Below the pieces are notes generated by a model that had not been told where the DNA came from, ran no database searches, and saw nothing but the letters and a program-made list of their open reading frames with translations. The translations under genes were made by a program, and so were the position numbers. From Octopus sinensis (taxonomy: Eukaryota): a stretch of 42,917 nucleotides of DNA. The stretch spans positions 1 through 42,917 of the forward strand of contig NW_021835016.1 of the NCBI RefSeq assembly GCF_006345805.1. Direction: 5' to 3'. Below, one piece after another: positions 10,030 through 22,984 of the stretch; the stretch's first letter is position 1, and every line of letters starts with the position of its first letter.

Positions 10030-11170
10030 GGATCGTCAGCCACTCTCTCTAGAAGTTGACTAAGAAAATGTGAGCGCTGAAAGGTCGAGCGGAAAAGGTT
10101 ATGCTTCATCCTCGCCTTGCTGGTGTACAACCGACTAATTGTCGTATCTTGTACCAGCAGACACTTTGCCTGACAGCAGCGCATGCGCTCCCACTTCTTA
10201 TGGAAGGGTTAAGTTATGCTGACCAGGAATTCCATCAGTTGCCTTCACTCACTCCGCGATGGTCTCTGGATGCTGTCACTGATGATACAAAGGCAAGTAC
10301 TGAGGCTGGCATACCTACGGAAATATCTTCATCATTGCAGTGGTGACGACCGCAACTACGAAAACGAAGGCGAATTGGAAGAGACGACTTTCATGTAACG
10401 CGTCTCTTTTGATGCTTGTTTCTTTGACCGAGCTCCAATTATTGGTCAAGTGTAGAATGAAGTTTGGCGCTTGGCCTCTAAAATGCTGCCAAGTACTCAC
10501 AGTACTAACTGGCCAGACAAAGACCGTCAGCGGGAAAATATCTTTCACATTCTGTAGAAGGTTACACGTTCTGTAGAAGATATGAAAGACAAAGACCTGA
10601 GAATGACCCTGAGCAGCGATGAGCATAGTCTGAGCAGTCTCAATTGGAGGCTTTAGAAGTCGAGGACTGTAGACAGCTCTTAAAAAGTCCTTGGCATAGC
10701 AGTACAGCAGGGAAGCAGAATAGGGACGGAGGCATTACCTGTTAAAGAAAAGTACTAAAGGCACAAAAGTATTAACAGTCGAACTTGTCTGAAATGCGCG
10801 TGGGATGATGAAATTGTCCAACACACTATCGTTCAATGCCCGAGCATTAGCGATTTATGATCTTGTATTGAACTGTTGCGTTCACGTGTAGTACGGATCT
10901 GGTGATCAGCTTACGCGATAGTGAAGATAGACGCACCACTTCCTTTGGCATAGGAAATGTTGACAATTTTCCTTTACCTGGTAACTACGATAGATTTGAA
11001 GACATGCATTTTACTTTCTGTCCAGAATGTCATCGAATTCTTCAAATTGTATTTAAAGGGGGAAGGTGAGGGTCGAGAGGGAAGTGTTTCCTTCTAGTGT
11101 GTTTTTAACGGAAGTTGGAGTCAGGGGCAAGACTAGTAAAGTTGAACGGACCTACTTCGAGTGTGTTTTT
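10030..11170 (+). pseudogene. Decayed L1/Tx1-clade LINE ORF2, C-terminal half
   Basis: Manual translation across stops and frameshifts gives KGRAE, HFLWKG, LRDGLWM..LRLAYL, ALPVKEK, a CCHC finger (CLKC..DEIVQHTIVQC) and NVIEFFKLYLKG/KVRVEREV. Similar to the fragment at 36785-37000. Confidence 0.8.
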
Positions 11171-11201
11171 CTAAGTAGAAGGAAAGAAGTTAAGAGGGAG
11201 G

Positions 11202-11232
<31 letters not shown>

Positions 11233-11490
11233 AGAGGGGGAGAGAGAGGGATGGAGGGAGAGAGAGAGGGAGGGAGAGAGAGAGAGAGCGCACTTTTGAT
11301 GTCTTGGGGCTGACAGGATAATCTGCATCTTTGTGTGGGTTTTACTTCCAATAAACAATTAGGGATTCCCCTCTCCTACTGAGGAACATGGATTTCTTTT
11401 GTCAACTTCTTTTCAGCTGACGTAACCCCTCTTTGTGTGTTTCTGTTTCGTCTTTCTATTGTTTTTCAATATCCTGGGCCTTTATTTGCT

Positions 11491-11684
11491 GGTTTCAAAT
11501 TTTGGCACAAGGCCAGCAATTTTAGAGGTGGGGTACGTCAATTACATCGACCCTAGTGTTCAACAGGTGCTTATTTTATCAACTCCGAAAGGATGAAAGG
11601 CAAAGTCGACCTCGGCAGAATTTGAACTCAGAGCGTAAAGACGGACGAAATGCCGTTTAGCATTTTGTCCGGCGTACTAACGGT
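11491..11684 (-). mobile_element. SINE family B
   Basis: aggatgaaaggcaaagtcgacctcggcagaatttgaactcaga is the reverse complement of the family B core. Confidence 0.85.
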
Positions 11685-12234
11685 TTTACCACTAAAATTC
11701 CTCCTCCTCCTCCTCCCTATTATCACTGTACAAATAGAAGTAGTAAAAGTAAATGTATAGTTGTTGTTGTTACTGTCGTTGCTGTTGTTACTGGCAATCT
11801 GTTATTCATGGCGTAAGGAATCCCTCCGTGACAAACCAATAAAAATACAAGCTATATCAACAGATTACTTGGCGTGTAACACGCATGTTTATTGTTGCCA
11901 TAGCAATCTACACCTCCCCCATCTTACGGTCATTATATAAATGGGCGTGTGTGTATTCATATATACCTACATACATGCACACACACATATACGTATATGT
12001 ATCTATATATACGTACATATATACACAAACACATGCACAGGTACACACATCCACATACGCACATACATACATTCATACTTGTGTATATATTCACACGCAT
12101 ACACATGCATTCGTACACACATATACACACCTGCATAGACTTACAGACGCTCGCACACAAGGTTCTGATTACCATCAGTTATCTATCACCTGCCCCCGAC
12201 AAAATGGTTCCGACGGAAAGCGTTGCCACTAATC

Positions 12235-12454
12235 ATCATCCACCACCACCACCACCACCACCACCACCGCCATCACCACGACCACCACATCGACTGTCAG
12301 TCGACATTACAATGACGACGACAGCGACCACCGCCACCACCACCACCACCACCTTCCATCACCACCACCACCGCCATTACCACGACCACCACATCGACTG
12401 TCAGTCGACATTACAATGACGACGACGACGACGACAGCGACCACCGCCACCACC

Positions 12455-12486
<32 letters not shown>

Positions 12487-12505
12487 CAACAACAGCAACA
12501 GCAAC
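12235..12505. repeat. (CAC)/(GAC)/(AAC) array containing a tandem duplication of about 104 bp
   Basis: The unit cacgaccaccacatcgactgtcagtcgacattacaatgacgacg...agcgaccaccgccaccacc occurs twice. Confidence 0.85.
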
Positions 12506-12944
12506 AAGCTCCACTGCTTAATAACATCATTATCCCTTCCCTACAGTTTTCACAGAGAAATTATTACTGCTAAATTACCGACATCAAAGAAACACCTGTA
12601 TTTCACCGCCTTCCTCGGATTACCAGCGTCAAGTTGGCAGCCAGAAGATTCAATGTCCGGTTGTGAAACACACAGCTTCCTTTCAACATGGCTGCTTATT
12701 GGTTTCAACCACACATCTAAATAGGCCGCATAATTACTAGTCTCACAACCTACCTGGAAGCTAGACACGTTTCAAATGCACTTGACCTCGCTTTTCAATC
12801 GTCATGTAAGTGTGACAAGCACACTATTAACACTACATAAATCACGATATTCCTATATTACTCGTGTGACGTGTGCACGCACCATTTTTTTGATTGCGGA
12901 GAAATTACACATTAAATTTCCCTGAACTTATGTAGAGAGCAAGC

Positions 12945-13645
12945 ATTGTATACGTATGTATGTATGTATCTATGTATGTAATGTATGTATGTAGTATGTA
13001 TGTATGTATGTATGTATGTATGCATGCATTTATGTATGTATGTATGTATGTATGTATGTATGTACGTATGTATGTACGTAGTATGTATATAATGTATGTA
13101 TGTATGTATGTTAGTGTGTATATGTAGTTATGTATGTATGTATTACGTACGAATGTGTGTATGTATGTACGTATGTTTGTATGTTGTGTGTATATGTATG
13201 TATGTTTTGTTATGTATGTATGTATATATGTAGTATGTATGTATGTATGTATGTATGTATTATGTATGTATTGTATGTATGTATGTATAATATGCATGCA
13301 TGTATGTATGTATGTATGTATGTATGTATGTCTGTATGTATGTACGTATGTATGTATGTACGTATGTATGTACGTATGTATGTATGTATATATGTATGTA
13401 TGTATGTATGTGAGTGTGTATGTATGTATGTATGTACGTACGAATGTATGTATGTATGTATGTATGTATGTACGTATGTGTGTATGTGTGTGTGTATTTA
13501 TGTATGTATGTATGTATGTATGTATGTATGTATGTATGTATGTATGTATGTATGTACGTACGTATGTATGTATGTATGTATGTATGTATGTATGTATGCA
13601 TGTATGTGTGTGTGTATGCATGTATGTGTGTGTGTGTGTATGTGT
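12945..13645. repeat. About 700-bp (TATG)n microsatellite
   Basis: Directly visible. It is the source of the 191-282 aa MYVC/HTYI pseudo-ORFs. Confidence 0.95.
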
Positions 13646-14215
13646 CATTATTCGGTTTTATTCAAGATTTCTAGTCAATACAGAAAGAGTTGGTTGCTCA
13701 CCTAAATACAAGGCTTCTTCATTGGAATTTCGACATCAACAGGGTATTTTTACATTTATGTGTGTATATGTGCGGTATTTGGAGTCAGTGCCTGTGCAAA
13801 TTGTATGTTTTGTTTTACTTATCTATTCTCATGCACACAGTTGCATGCCTAGACGTGCACATATATACTTAAATGATAAACTTCTGCAAAGGTTTATAAA
13901 GTTTTATAGTTCCTGTGATGGAGTGAATCTGTATTCTTCGAATCATCCCTTTCCTTTCTATATAGGTATGATTTTTCTTTGAGCTTAATTTTTCCTTCTT
14001 GGGAGAGTTCAAGCCGATTGCTAAGAAAGCAACAAGACTTTGAGTTAAGAAAGTCCCCGTCGTTTGTAAATATGTGGTTGACTTGGTATGTTGGTTGAAC
14101 TGTCGATGCATATACCCAAGTGTGTGTATCTATGTAATATGTATATATTTATATATTTATCTATCTGTCTTTATCTACACACACACACACCCACATACAC
14201 ACACACACACACACG

Positions 14216-14251
<36 letters not shown>

Positions 14252-14359
14252 CAATATATACATAGATTAAATTTTGAATTTGAAGCGGCTCTAATATTGT
14301 CACATTGGTAGCGCAAGCTTCACCAATGTCACATATTTAATATATGTGTTTTGTTTATG

Positions 14360-14858
14360 CGTTTATTGACTGCGCGATTCGCCCAGGGAATGCCACAGTC
14401 AATAAACCCTTAAGATATCGAGTTTTACCAAAAAGCACCGAATACCTCAAATGAGACGAAACGAATCGCCCCGCAGGTGAAAGAGAACGGTTGAATATCG
14501 AAACTTTGCTGCTGTTTCAGCTAGTCGGCACCGTATACTCGAGTCACCTAACGAATTCGATTCGCTGGTCTGAGGTCTACATGCAGATTGCGTAAAATCT
14601 ATCTGCAGACGTGCAACGGTGCTGCACCAGAAGTCTAATAACTTAAACATTAACGATGGCACACAACCGGTATCACACAATGAATGTGTTTTATTTATTC
14701 GCATGCGGTGCCGACGAGCTGCAATAGTATTGATATTCATCGTTCTCGTTCATTTCCGGGGCGATTCATTTCGTCTGATTTCAGGAATTCCATGTGTTTT
14801 TAACACACGACGTCTTTAAGAAACTTTTCCTCGGACGAATCCCGCAGTTAATAAGCCT
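14360..14858. mobile_element. MITE-like element with long degenerate terminal inverted repeats
   Basis: ttattgactgcgcgattcgcccagggaa pairs with ttcctcggacgaatcccgcagttaataa; agacgaaacgaatcgccccg with cggggcgattcatttcgtct; agctagtcggcaccgtat with atgcggtgccgacgagct. Confidence 0.75.
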
Positions 14859-15252
14859 TGAGCAATATAAATATAATTACTTATTATCTTTCAAACATTG
14901 ACCAAAATCTTATTATTGTCTTTAAACTTTGTTAGTTAAATTAACAAAAATCCTTTGACAAGATGAACGTTCAAAACAAATTAACATATGTCATCTGTGT
15001 TATTTCAATTATTAATAATACAAGTTCACACATGCAATTACTCACCCACCCAAACACACATTCACACGCACACTGTACACGTACATACATACACATACAT
15101 ACATACATACATACTCATACATACATACATACATACATACATGCATGCATACATACATACATACATGCATACATACATACATACATACATACATATACAT
15201 ACATACATACATATACATACATACATACATACATACATGCATGCATATATAC

Positions 15253-15341
15253 ACGACGGGATTCAATAGTTTCCCGTCTACTAAATTCCATTTGCAAGAC
15301 ATTGATTGATCCGCGGCTGTCGTGAAAGAAACTTGCCCAAG
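15253..15341 (-). mobile_element. SINE family A fragment, degenerate
   Basis: acgacggg...gtttcccgtctactaaattcca...acttgcccaagg. Confidence 0.6.
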
Positions 15342-15519
15342 GCTCTCTGAGAGCTTCGACTCAGTTATTTGACAAACACGTATTCGTATAAGAGCTTGCT
15401 GGGTTTCGAAAAGACATCTATAATACAAATTTAGTCGACGTAAAACGAAGAAGCAAGAACATCTTCGCTAATTAAAAATCCAAACTTGGAAGGAACTATA
15501 TTGGCACTGACTGTAGTTT

Positions 15520-16040
15520 ACCCGTTCTCTTGTGATGGGAAGCAGAAGGCTGAACGGAATGCTAGAATTGCAGGTGCGGGCACAGCAATGCGGCAGTTCC
15601 AGTATTCTAAGCATTCTAACCCTAGAAGAGAAATGGTGGGTAAAAAAAGCCAAACTTGCTATCTTCAGTTCGGATTTTGTACTTAATTTTACCTATGTTC
15701 ATGAATGCTCTATCATGGATAAAAGCGGCCGAAATGAGTTCCTCCGAAATGGAATGTTAACCTTGGAGATCAGGGTTGCTATTTCATTGCATTGAACGGT
15801 TACAACTCTGGTATTACAGACTTGAGATTAGAATGGTGCAGGGAGGAATCGCAAGACAGCGTCTTCAAGCCAACCAAATGGCACGAGACCTGGCGTTAGA
15901 CCAAGAATGAGATGTTTGGATAATATCCATAGTTTTAGTTGGTCACGTTTGAGAATCTATCCGAAAGGCTACAGACCGTTACTTCTGGTAGGACTCTAGG
16001 GAGGAGGTACCTGAGGACACTACCACCACGATCTTCATAG
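15520..16040 (+). pseudogene. Decayed RTE-clade LINE, reverse transcriptase C-terminus
   Basis: Fragments FSCDGKQKAERNARIAGAGTAMRQ, KKAKLAIFSS..FTYVHEC, IKAAEMS, IERLQLWY and GTRPGVRPRMRCLDNI resemble the RTE C-terminal motifs KAKL..Y...TYG.E, QAAEM, R.RGRPR.RW.D. Confidence 0.75.
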
Positions 16041-16079
16041 GATTACTGGGCGAAGATAATGGATGGGTAGATGTATGGA

Positions 16080-16500
16080 TGAACACACCGATCGTATAAC
16101 ACATTTAAAGGAATTTTGTGACATTGTTCGACTGGAATATAAAAAGCTCTTACAAACGGTAATGCCAGAATATTCTCGATGCTTCCAGCAATTAAAAAAG
16201 AATTCTCTGCATTTTATTGGCTTGGAACCTGGTTTTTATTTACGAAAACATTGCTAAAGATTGATAAAACCAGTGCATGAACTGCTCCGTATTACCTTGT
16301 CCACAACACAATTCTGGACAGAGAACAAAATTAATAGCAGCGCTGTAGAGATCGGGCTAGAAATGTAAAACCGGATTACAAACATAGATGAAAGAAAAAC
16401 TTATGAATTTGTATATCAAAAATGCAAAAGCCTTGCTGAAAATACTTGAAGAAAATGAAGGCATTGAAATAGCGAGTTAAGAATTTTAAAAACTTTTATG
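16080..16500 (+). pseudogene. Decayed hAT-like transposase fragment
   Basis: HTDRITHLKEFCDIVRLEYKKLLQ, then after a frameshift NGNARIFSMLPAIK/RIL. This resembles the hAT region LKEFC....EY.KLL....TRWLSL.PAI.RIL. Confidence 0.55.
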
Positions 16501-16764
16501 AAAGCTGTTTCTAATTGAACCCGGCATCAACTCTGAAAATTCTGGCTCGCGCGCGAGTTTTGGACAAAATAATGGAAACATCTTGTTAAATGTAAGTTTT
16601 CTTATTTAATTTGGAGTTGATCCACCTGGAATTGATGCGTACAGATTCTGAGCAGTCGCTAGGTGAATTTTGAGCCAAACCTATTTTAACTCTTACAGCA
16701 GGAAATTGCTTTTTCCTTACTGTTCCAAAATATACCATAAATGTTCAGTTATATGGAGATCCAG

Positions 16765-17437
16765 TTACCAATTCTGACTAACTTTAGCTGTATGAATCAG
16801 CGCATTATCGTCCTGGAAGATAGCGCTACCATGAGAGAACGGTGTTGTCTCATAGGACGGTCATGATCAGCCAAAATACTCAGATAATTATTGACTTTAA
16901 TTCTCCAATGTAAAACAACTAAAAAAACTAAAAGTATTTCGTGATAGGGCTGTCCAAATCTCTCTTAGCCACCGCCATGGTTCACGTTTATGGCCAGCCA
17001 GGGTTGAAAGCTTATTAGGGCTATCTCCAGCAAAAAACTGAAGTGGAAAAAAGAGTAAATAATGATTTATCAGAGAATCTGACTTCATTCCATTGAACCA
17101 TTGACCACTTCTGATAATCTCACATAATTTTTAAGCAGAGGTTTAGCTATTGCAGCCTTCCCAGGATTTACAGCTTTTCGGAACTCATGACAAAAGGTTT
17201 TGGCAAATTAGCAGTCTAACACTGATGTCACTTTTGCTGTGGTAGTTCGATAGATTTTTAGATTCAATGTTTCAGCTTTGTTCTCCATCTAGAATTATGC
17301 TTACCAGAGCTGGTCCAAATTCGGTTTTCGAATGTACCTCTCAAAATATTAAACAGCTCAGCACTTCTAGTGACTGAAGCACCACTTACCCGAACTCCAA
17401 CAACTTGTCTTCTTTGGAAATTAGATAGGCTGAACAT
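16765..17437 (-). pseudogene. Decayed Tc1-family transposase
   Basis: ATG at 17437: MFSLSNFQRRQVVGVRVSGASVTRSAELF...GKAAIAKPLL...WNEVRFSD...NVNHGGG...NYLSILADH...AIFQDDNALIHTAKV. These are the Tc1 motifs FSDE, KHGGG and FQDDNAP.H, with stops and deletions. Confidence 0.9.
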
Positions 17438-17639
17438 TTTAATTTATTTAGATATAAATATTTGCAAAATGAAAAAGAAAAAAAAAGAAGAAAAACAGAT
17501 ATTTATACCACGGAGTACAGGGCATACAAAAACATAAAAACACATACACAGGTTAGAAACAGTTTTGAATTTGTCATATTACCAATTGAAATAACAGTTA
17601 AATTAAAATAGTGTTCCTGTTATTTTGTTTATCCCATGC

Positions 17640-18123
17640 GAGCACGTGAGTGTGTGTCAGTGTACGTGTGTGTGCGTGTGCGTGCGTGTTTGTGTGTGTG
17701 TGTGTTTGTGTATACAAGATATGAATATGTATAAAATGTATGTATGCATTTATACAAACATATATTATATTCATATACATATGTGTATATATATATATGT
17801 AGATGTATATGTATATATATATGTATATATATAATATATAATATATATATATATAATTTATATATACGTATATTTATATATAATATATATAGATATATAT
17901 ATATATATATATGTATGTATATATATATATATATAATATTATATAAATATATTTCTCTATATATATGTATATACGTATGTATATATATATATATGCATAT
18001 ATGTATATATATATTTATATAAATATATATACATGAGTATATATCATATATACAGGTAATACAGTCTTATATACACATGTGATTACACAAACACACAGAC
18101 ACACAGATAAACACACACACATA

Positions 18124-18159
<36 letters not shown>

Positions 18160-18180
18160 ACACACAGATAAACATACATT
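17640..18180. repeat. (TG)n/(TA)n/(CA)n microsatellite field
   Basis: Directly visible. Confidence 0.95.
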
Positions 18181-18374
18181 CGCACACTTCCCTTCGCCAG
18201 CTCTCAATTTAATTTCCCGATAAAATATAACAAGTTAGAAATTAGAAAGAAATTATAATTCTAACTGAAGTCTAAGTAGGCCAAGAAGCAAACAAAAACT
18301 ACCCCCGTTCAGTTCCGAAAGGCAATTTACTGCAATGTCTGTTTATTTTTAGTGGGGTCGTTTCAACTTCACTC

Positions 18375-18413
18375 TAATTGGCCCCAATTTACTATAATTG
18401 GAACTATAATTGG
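18375..18413. promoter_or_regulatory. Cluster of three TAATTGG homeodomain-type motifs
   Basis: TAATTGG occurs at 18375, 18395 and 18407 in non-repetitive sequence. Function is inferred only. Confidence 0.3.
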
Positions 18414-18956
18414 CCCAAAAGTAGTTTTGTCTTCTTTTTTTTTTTCTCTCTTTCGTAATTAATATTCGTAATTATCATTTCCTTTATTTTATTTTCGACA
18501 TCCTCACCCCTCACACCACACGCGCACTGATGCCACCATCACAACCACCTGTCTATTTGCATGTCTGTCACTACCATCATCTTAGCACTTACAATCTCAC
18601 ACCTGCCGCTGCACCTCCTCTTCTTCCTCCTCCTCCTCCTCCTCCTCCTCCTCTTCCTACCGCTGCTGCTACTGCTGCTGTTGCTGCTGTCACAATCACC
18701 CTCAATGGATTTGCAACGAAAGTTATCACCACCGCTTTCACCACCACCACCACCACCACCACCATCCTCCTCTATCACTATACTCCTCCACCCTCATCTC
18801 ATTATCATCTCAAATATCACCATCCTTACCATCGCTGACATCTCCCACCACCACCACCACCAACACCACCACTATCACCGTCACCTCAACCACCATCGCC
18901 GCCACCTCTGCCACCATCATCACCGCCAGAAGCTGTCTTAAACCTTTAGTATGTTA

Positions 18957-19180
18957 GTTTCAAATTGTGGTACAAGGATAGTAATTTCGGAGGGGAGGGG
19001 GAGAAAATCGATTACATCGACCCCCTCCTCTTCCCAGTGCTCAACTGCGCTCAGCTTATTTTATCGAGCCGAAAGGATGAAAGGTAAAGTCGTGCTCAGC
19101 AGACTTTGAGCTCAGAACATAAAGGCGGGTAAAACGCCGCTTAGCTCTTTGTCCAGCGTGCTAACGATTCTGCCAGCTCT
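18957..19180 (-). mobile_element. SINE family B
   Basis: atcgattacatcgacccc...gaaaggatgaaaggtaaagtcg...cgtgctaacgattctgccagctc. Confidence 0.8.
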
Positions 19181-19448
19181 CCAAATTAAACTTCCAATAG
19201 ATCGAAATAAAGAAGAAGCGAAAAATCTCAGCTAATGAAGGAACAATCTAGTAACCAGTCTGTAAATGGTGGAAAACCCATTTTTTAAATCCATAAATTT
19301 AGTCGAACAATCAAACATTTTTCTTCTTTACTTCTTGATCTTGACTTCTTAATCTTATATTATCACTCACTCTCAGAAAATGTATGCATATAAATCCAGT
19401 TTTATCTATACGTGTATGTAGACATACGTGTATGTAGGCGTGTATATA

Positions 19449-19507
<59 letters not shown>

Positions 19508-19819
19508 TTGTAATTATACACACACATACATATTTGCGTGGATGTGCGTGTGTGCATGTGTTTACATATTTGAACAAACACATTTACACAATAACGTTGT
19601 AATACAATGGACCACGTTGTGCTCGCAGAGTCAGAAATGGGCGGAGAGAGGGGACGAAAACAGCTCCATATTGCTTTTTTTTTTTCTCAAACTTTATGAT
19701 TTAGTTTCTGAATGTGATGGATTTTCACACTTCCGTATGGACATTATTTCTCATCTGCTCATCGAAAGAATATTTATTAGTTTTATTGCATTGTTTGGAA
19801 AAAAAAAAAAATTGGATTA

Positions 19820-20946
19820 TAATGAAAAATGCGAGCGCATTTCATGCTAATATTCTTAAGTTATAATATCTGGAAAAGTTCAGAACAAGATTTCTACAGT
19901 AGAATTTGCCTTATTTGTCACCTCCAAAGGAAACTAAAAATTACTTAAAATTAAAATTCTACTGTACTTAAAATATTGCAGCCGAGAATAACATTTTTAA
20001 AATTAAAAAAACATTATATCAGATAAATTTGCGATAATTTATTTTATTTATTAAGAGAATCTACAAAACAAATAAATCTTTAAAAGTATGGTACAAAAAT
20101 AATCAAAAATAAATTTAAACAAAAACTATTTTTTAAAATTATGTCTTTTGAAATATACGATTAAAATAGCCATTTTATTTAGTTGTATCAAGTACAAACA
20201 ATAAAATATGAAGCTATAAGTAATATTGCACAAGATTTTTTTCACTTCAGTTGAAATCCCATTACAAGAAAACAAACAAACAAAACAACAACATTGATTG
20301 TAGTAGAATGTTCATTAAATGGTTTCAAGTCAACCGTATGTTGAGTCAATTCTTCCACATTAAAATCTGGCAAATAAATCCTAAGTAAAATTTATTAGTT
20401 AGCATTAATAGAGTACCGAGTTAGCCTAATTCGTCTTTGGCTAATTCGTTTCTTCACCTAATTCGTCACTTCCAATTTTCTCCTAGGCATGACTAATTAG
20501 GCGAATTCTAGTGTAATTTAAAAAAAAATAATTTTATCTTATTTCATTTTTAAAATAGTAATTTTTCCAAAAATAATCCTATGGGCTTAAATACAGACTT
20601 AAATAATTTTGCTTAAACGTTTTGTTTTCTGAAAATTATAAAAATTACTGGGACTATTATACATGAAAAGAGTTTCTGAATATAAACCCATAGGCTTAAA
20701 ATCAGAAAATTGGAAAAACCCAGAAATGTTTTTATAATTTTCGTTTTAATAAAATATAGTAAATTTTAGAAATGTTATTCTCGGCAGCAATATTTTAAGT
20801 ACAGTAGAATTTTAATTTTAAGTACTTTTTAGTTTCCTTTAGAGGTGGCGAATTAGGCAAATTCTACTGTTGAAATCTTGTTCTGTACTTTTCCAGATAT
20901 TATAACTTAAGAATATTAGCATGTATGCGCCCCCAACTTTTCATTG
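19820..20946. mobile_element. Non-autonomous Tc1/mariner-type element (about 1.13 kb) with TIRs of about 185 bp and TA target-site duplication
   Basis: The left arm (19820-20004) is the reverse complement of the right arm (20762-20946), e.g. catgctaatattcttaagttataatatctggaaaagt / acttttccagatattataacttaagaatattagcatg. TA is present at 19818-19819 and 20947-20948. No ORF. Confidence 0.85.
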
Positions 20947-20998
<52 letters not shown>

Positions 20999-21063
20999 AT
21001 GAGGAGTTTTCGTCAGGATAACTTATTAAACTAATGGGTATGCGTTCTGAGAGCTCACTACTT

Positions 21064-21118
<55 letters not shown>

Positions 21119-21159
21119 CACACACATATATATATATGTGTGTGTGTGTATGTGTGTGT

Positions 21160-21370
21160 GTGTGTGTGTCTGTGTTTGTCCCCACCACCATCGCTTGACA
21201 ACTGATGTTGGTGTGTTTACGTCCCCGTAACTAGCGGTTCGGCCTAAGAGACCGATAGAATGAGTACTAGGCTTACAAAGAATAAGTCCTGGAGTCGAGT
21301 AGATCGATTAGAGGCGGTGCTCCAGCATGGCCGCAATCAAATGACTGAAACAATTAAAAGAATAAAAGAA
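21160..21370 (+). mobile_element. SINE family A, 3' half
   Basis: Matches 75-270. Confidence 0.85.
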
Positions 21371-21581
21371 TATACATACACACACATATATATGTGATAT
21401 AAATATATATATATGTGCGTGTGCGTGTGTGTGTGTGCATGTGTGTGTGTGCGTGTTTTTGTGTGCGTATGTATGCGTATATGAATATATATATATATGC
21501 TTGTCTGTGTGATTGTGTGTGAGAGAGAGAGAGTGTATGTGTGAGTAAGCAAATTTTTAGACTTATGAATATGCAGGTGCA

Positions 21582-21719
21582 GGCGCGCGTAGCCGTGTGG
21601 CAAGAAATTTTTTCCACACCCAATAGTCCGGGTTCAGTTCCACTGAGTGTTTCATTAGAGCTTCGGGCTGATAAAAGCCTTGTGTAGATATAAGAATGGA
21701 ATCTGAAAGAAACCCGTCG
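21582..21719 (+). mobile_element. SINE family A, 5' half (degenerate)
   Basis: ggcgcgcgtagccgtgtggcaag...ccgggttcagttccactg...ctgaaagaaacccgtcg. Confidence 0.7.
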
Positions 21720-21748
21720 TATATATATATACATATACATATATATGT

Positions 21749-21778
<30 letters not shown>

Positions 21779-21779
<1 letters not shown>

Positions 21780-22145
21780 CTCTTTTACTCTTTTACTTGT
21801 TTCAGTCATTTGACTGCGGCCATGCTGGAGCACCGCCTTTAGTCGAGCAAATCGACCCCGGGACTTATCTCTTTGTAAGCCCAGTCACTTATTCTATCTG
21901 TCTCTTTTGCGAACCGCTAAGTGACGGGGACGTAAACACACCAGCATCGGTTGTCAAGCATGCTAGAGGGAAACACAGACACACAAACATACATACACAT
22001 ACATACATATATATATATATACATATATACGACAGGCTTCTTTCAGTTTCCGTCTACCAAATCCACTCACAAGGCATTGGTCGCCCGAGGCTATAGTAGA
22101 AGACACTTGCCCAAGATGCCACGCAGGTACTGAACCCAGAACCAT
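21779..22145 (-). mobile_element. SINE family A, 5'-truncated
   Basis: Colinear with 8118-8475. Confidence 0.9.
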
Positions 22146-22203
22146 ATATATATTACACGAATCAAATCTACTCCTCAGAGTTTATATGGTATATTGTCAT
22201 TGT

Positions 22204-22234
<31 letters not shown>

Positions 22235-22984
22235 AGCCGTTTAAGAATTTGGACCTGGAGATCTCCATTTCCAGCGACTTCCAGTGGTATCGGGCGTCAC
22301 GAAGAGCCCTCGACTACAACAAGACGACCAAAGTTTTTTTTTTGGGTTTTCAAGGTCTGGGGGTCTCCCGCCCCTGAGCCCCAGACCATCACCTAATCAC
22401 CCTTACCCGTCTTGTTGCTTAACAACAACCACAACAACAACAACAACAGCAGCAGCAGCAGCAGCAGCAACAACAACAACAACCGCAAAACTCTTAAGGT
22501 CGAGGATGCTGTTGGGACCCTTGGTAATAACCATAACTCAGACAAGTGTTTTTTTTTTTTGCATCACAATTTGGACCTTCATCATAGACTCGAACCTAAC
22601 CCACTGGTCTAACAATGTCACAAGTTCAATAATCACACCCAACAGCTCAGCTGATTAATTATTATTATTATTGTTGTTTTCTTTTGTTTTTCGTTGACAA
22701 GCTTTATTCACAATTCCAATAACCGTTGTTTCGTAATTGCTTTGGATTTTGTCATAAAATGTCTCCAAGAGAATCTGTAGCAATGACTATGAGAATTTGT
22801 AGTCAACATCTACACAGTCTTGGAAAACAGTTGCTAAGTGTCAATAGTCGACCTCTCACTCTCTTTCAGTATATTTTTACTAGCATTTTTTTTGGTTTCT
22901 GTCTTTGAGAATTTCTTCAACGTTCTTTGGAATTTCAATGTGCAGCTGTTTTCTTTTGTTATGTGAACAAAAAATAGTAGGTGT

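Noticed and set aside
10030-10740. Minus-strand ORFs 9954-10184 and 10315-10626 as genes
   Set aside because: The plus strand carries the recognisable LINE ORF2 motifs; these are antisense shadows.
12905-13982. Long ORFs of 191-282 aa (MYVC/HTYI repeats)
   Set aside because: Translations of a (TATG)n microsatellite that lacks stop codons; no domain content.
18530-18941. Poly-P/H/T ORFs resembling transcription factor low-complexity regions
   Set aside because: Built from CCT/CAC/GCT triplets and open in several frames, with no splice or domain support.
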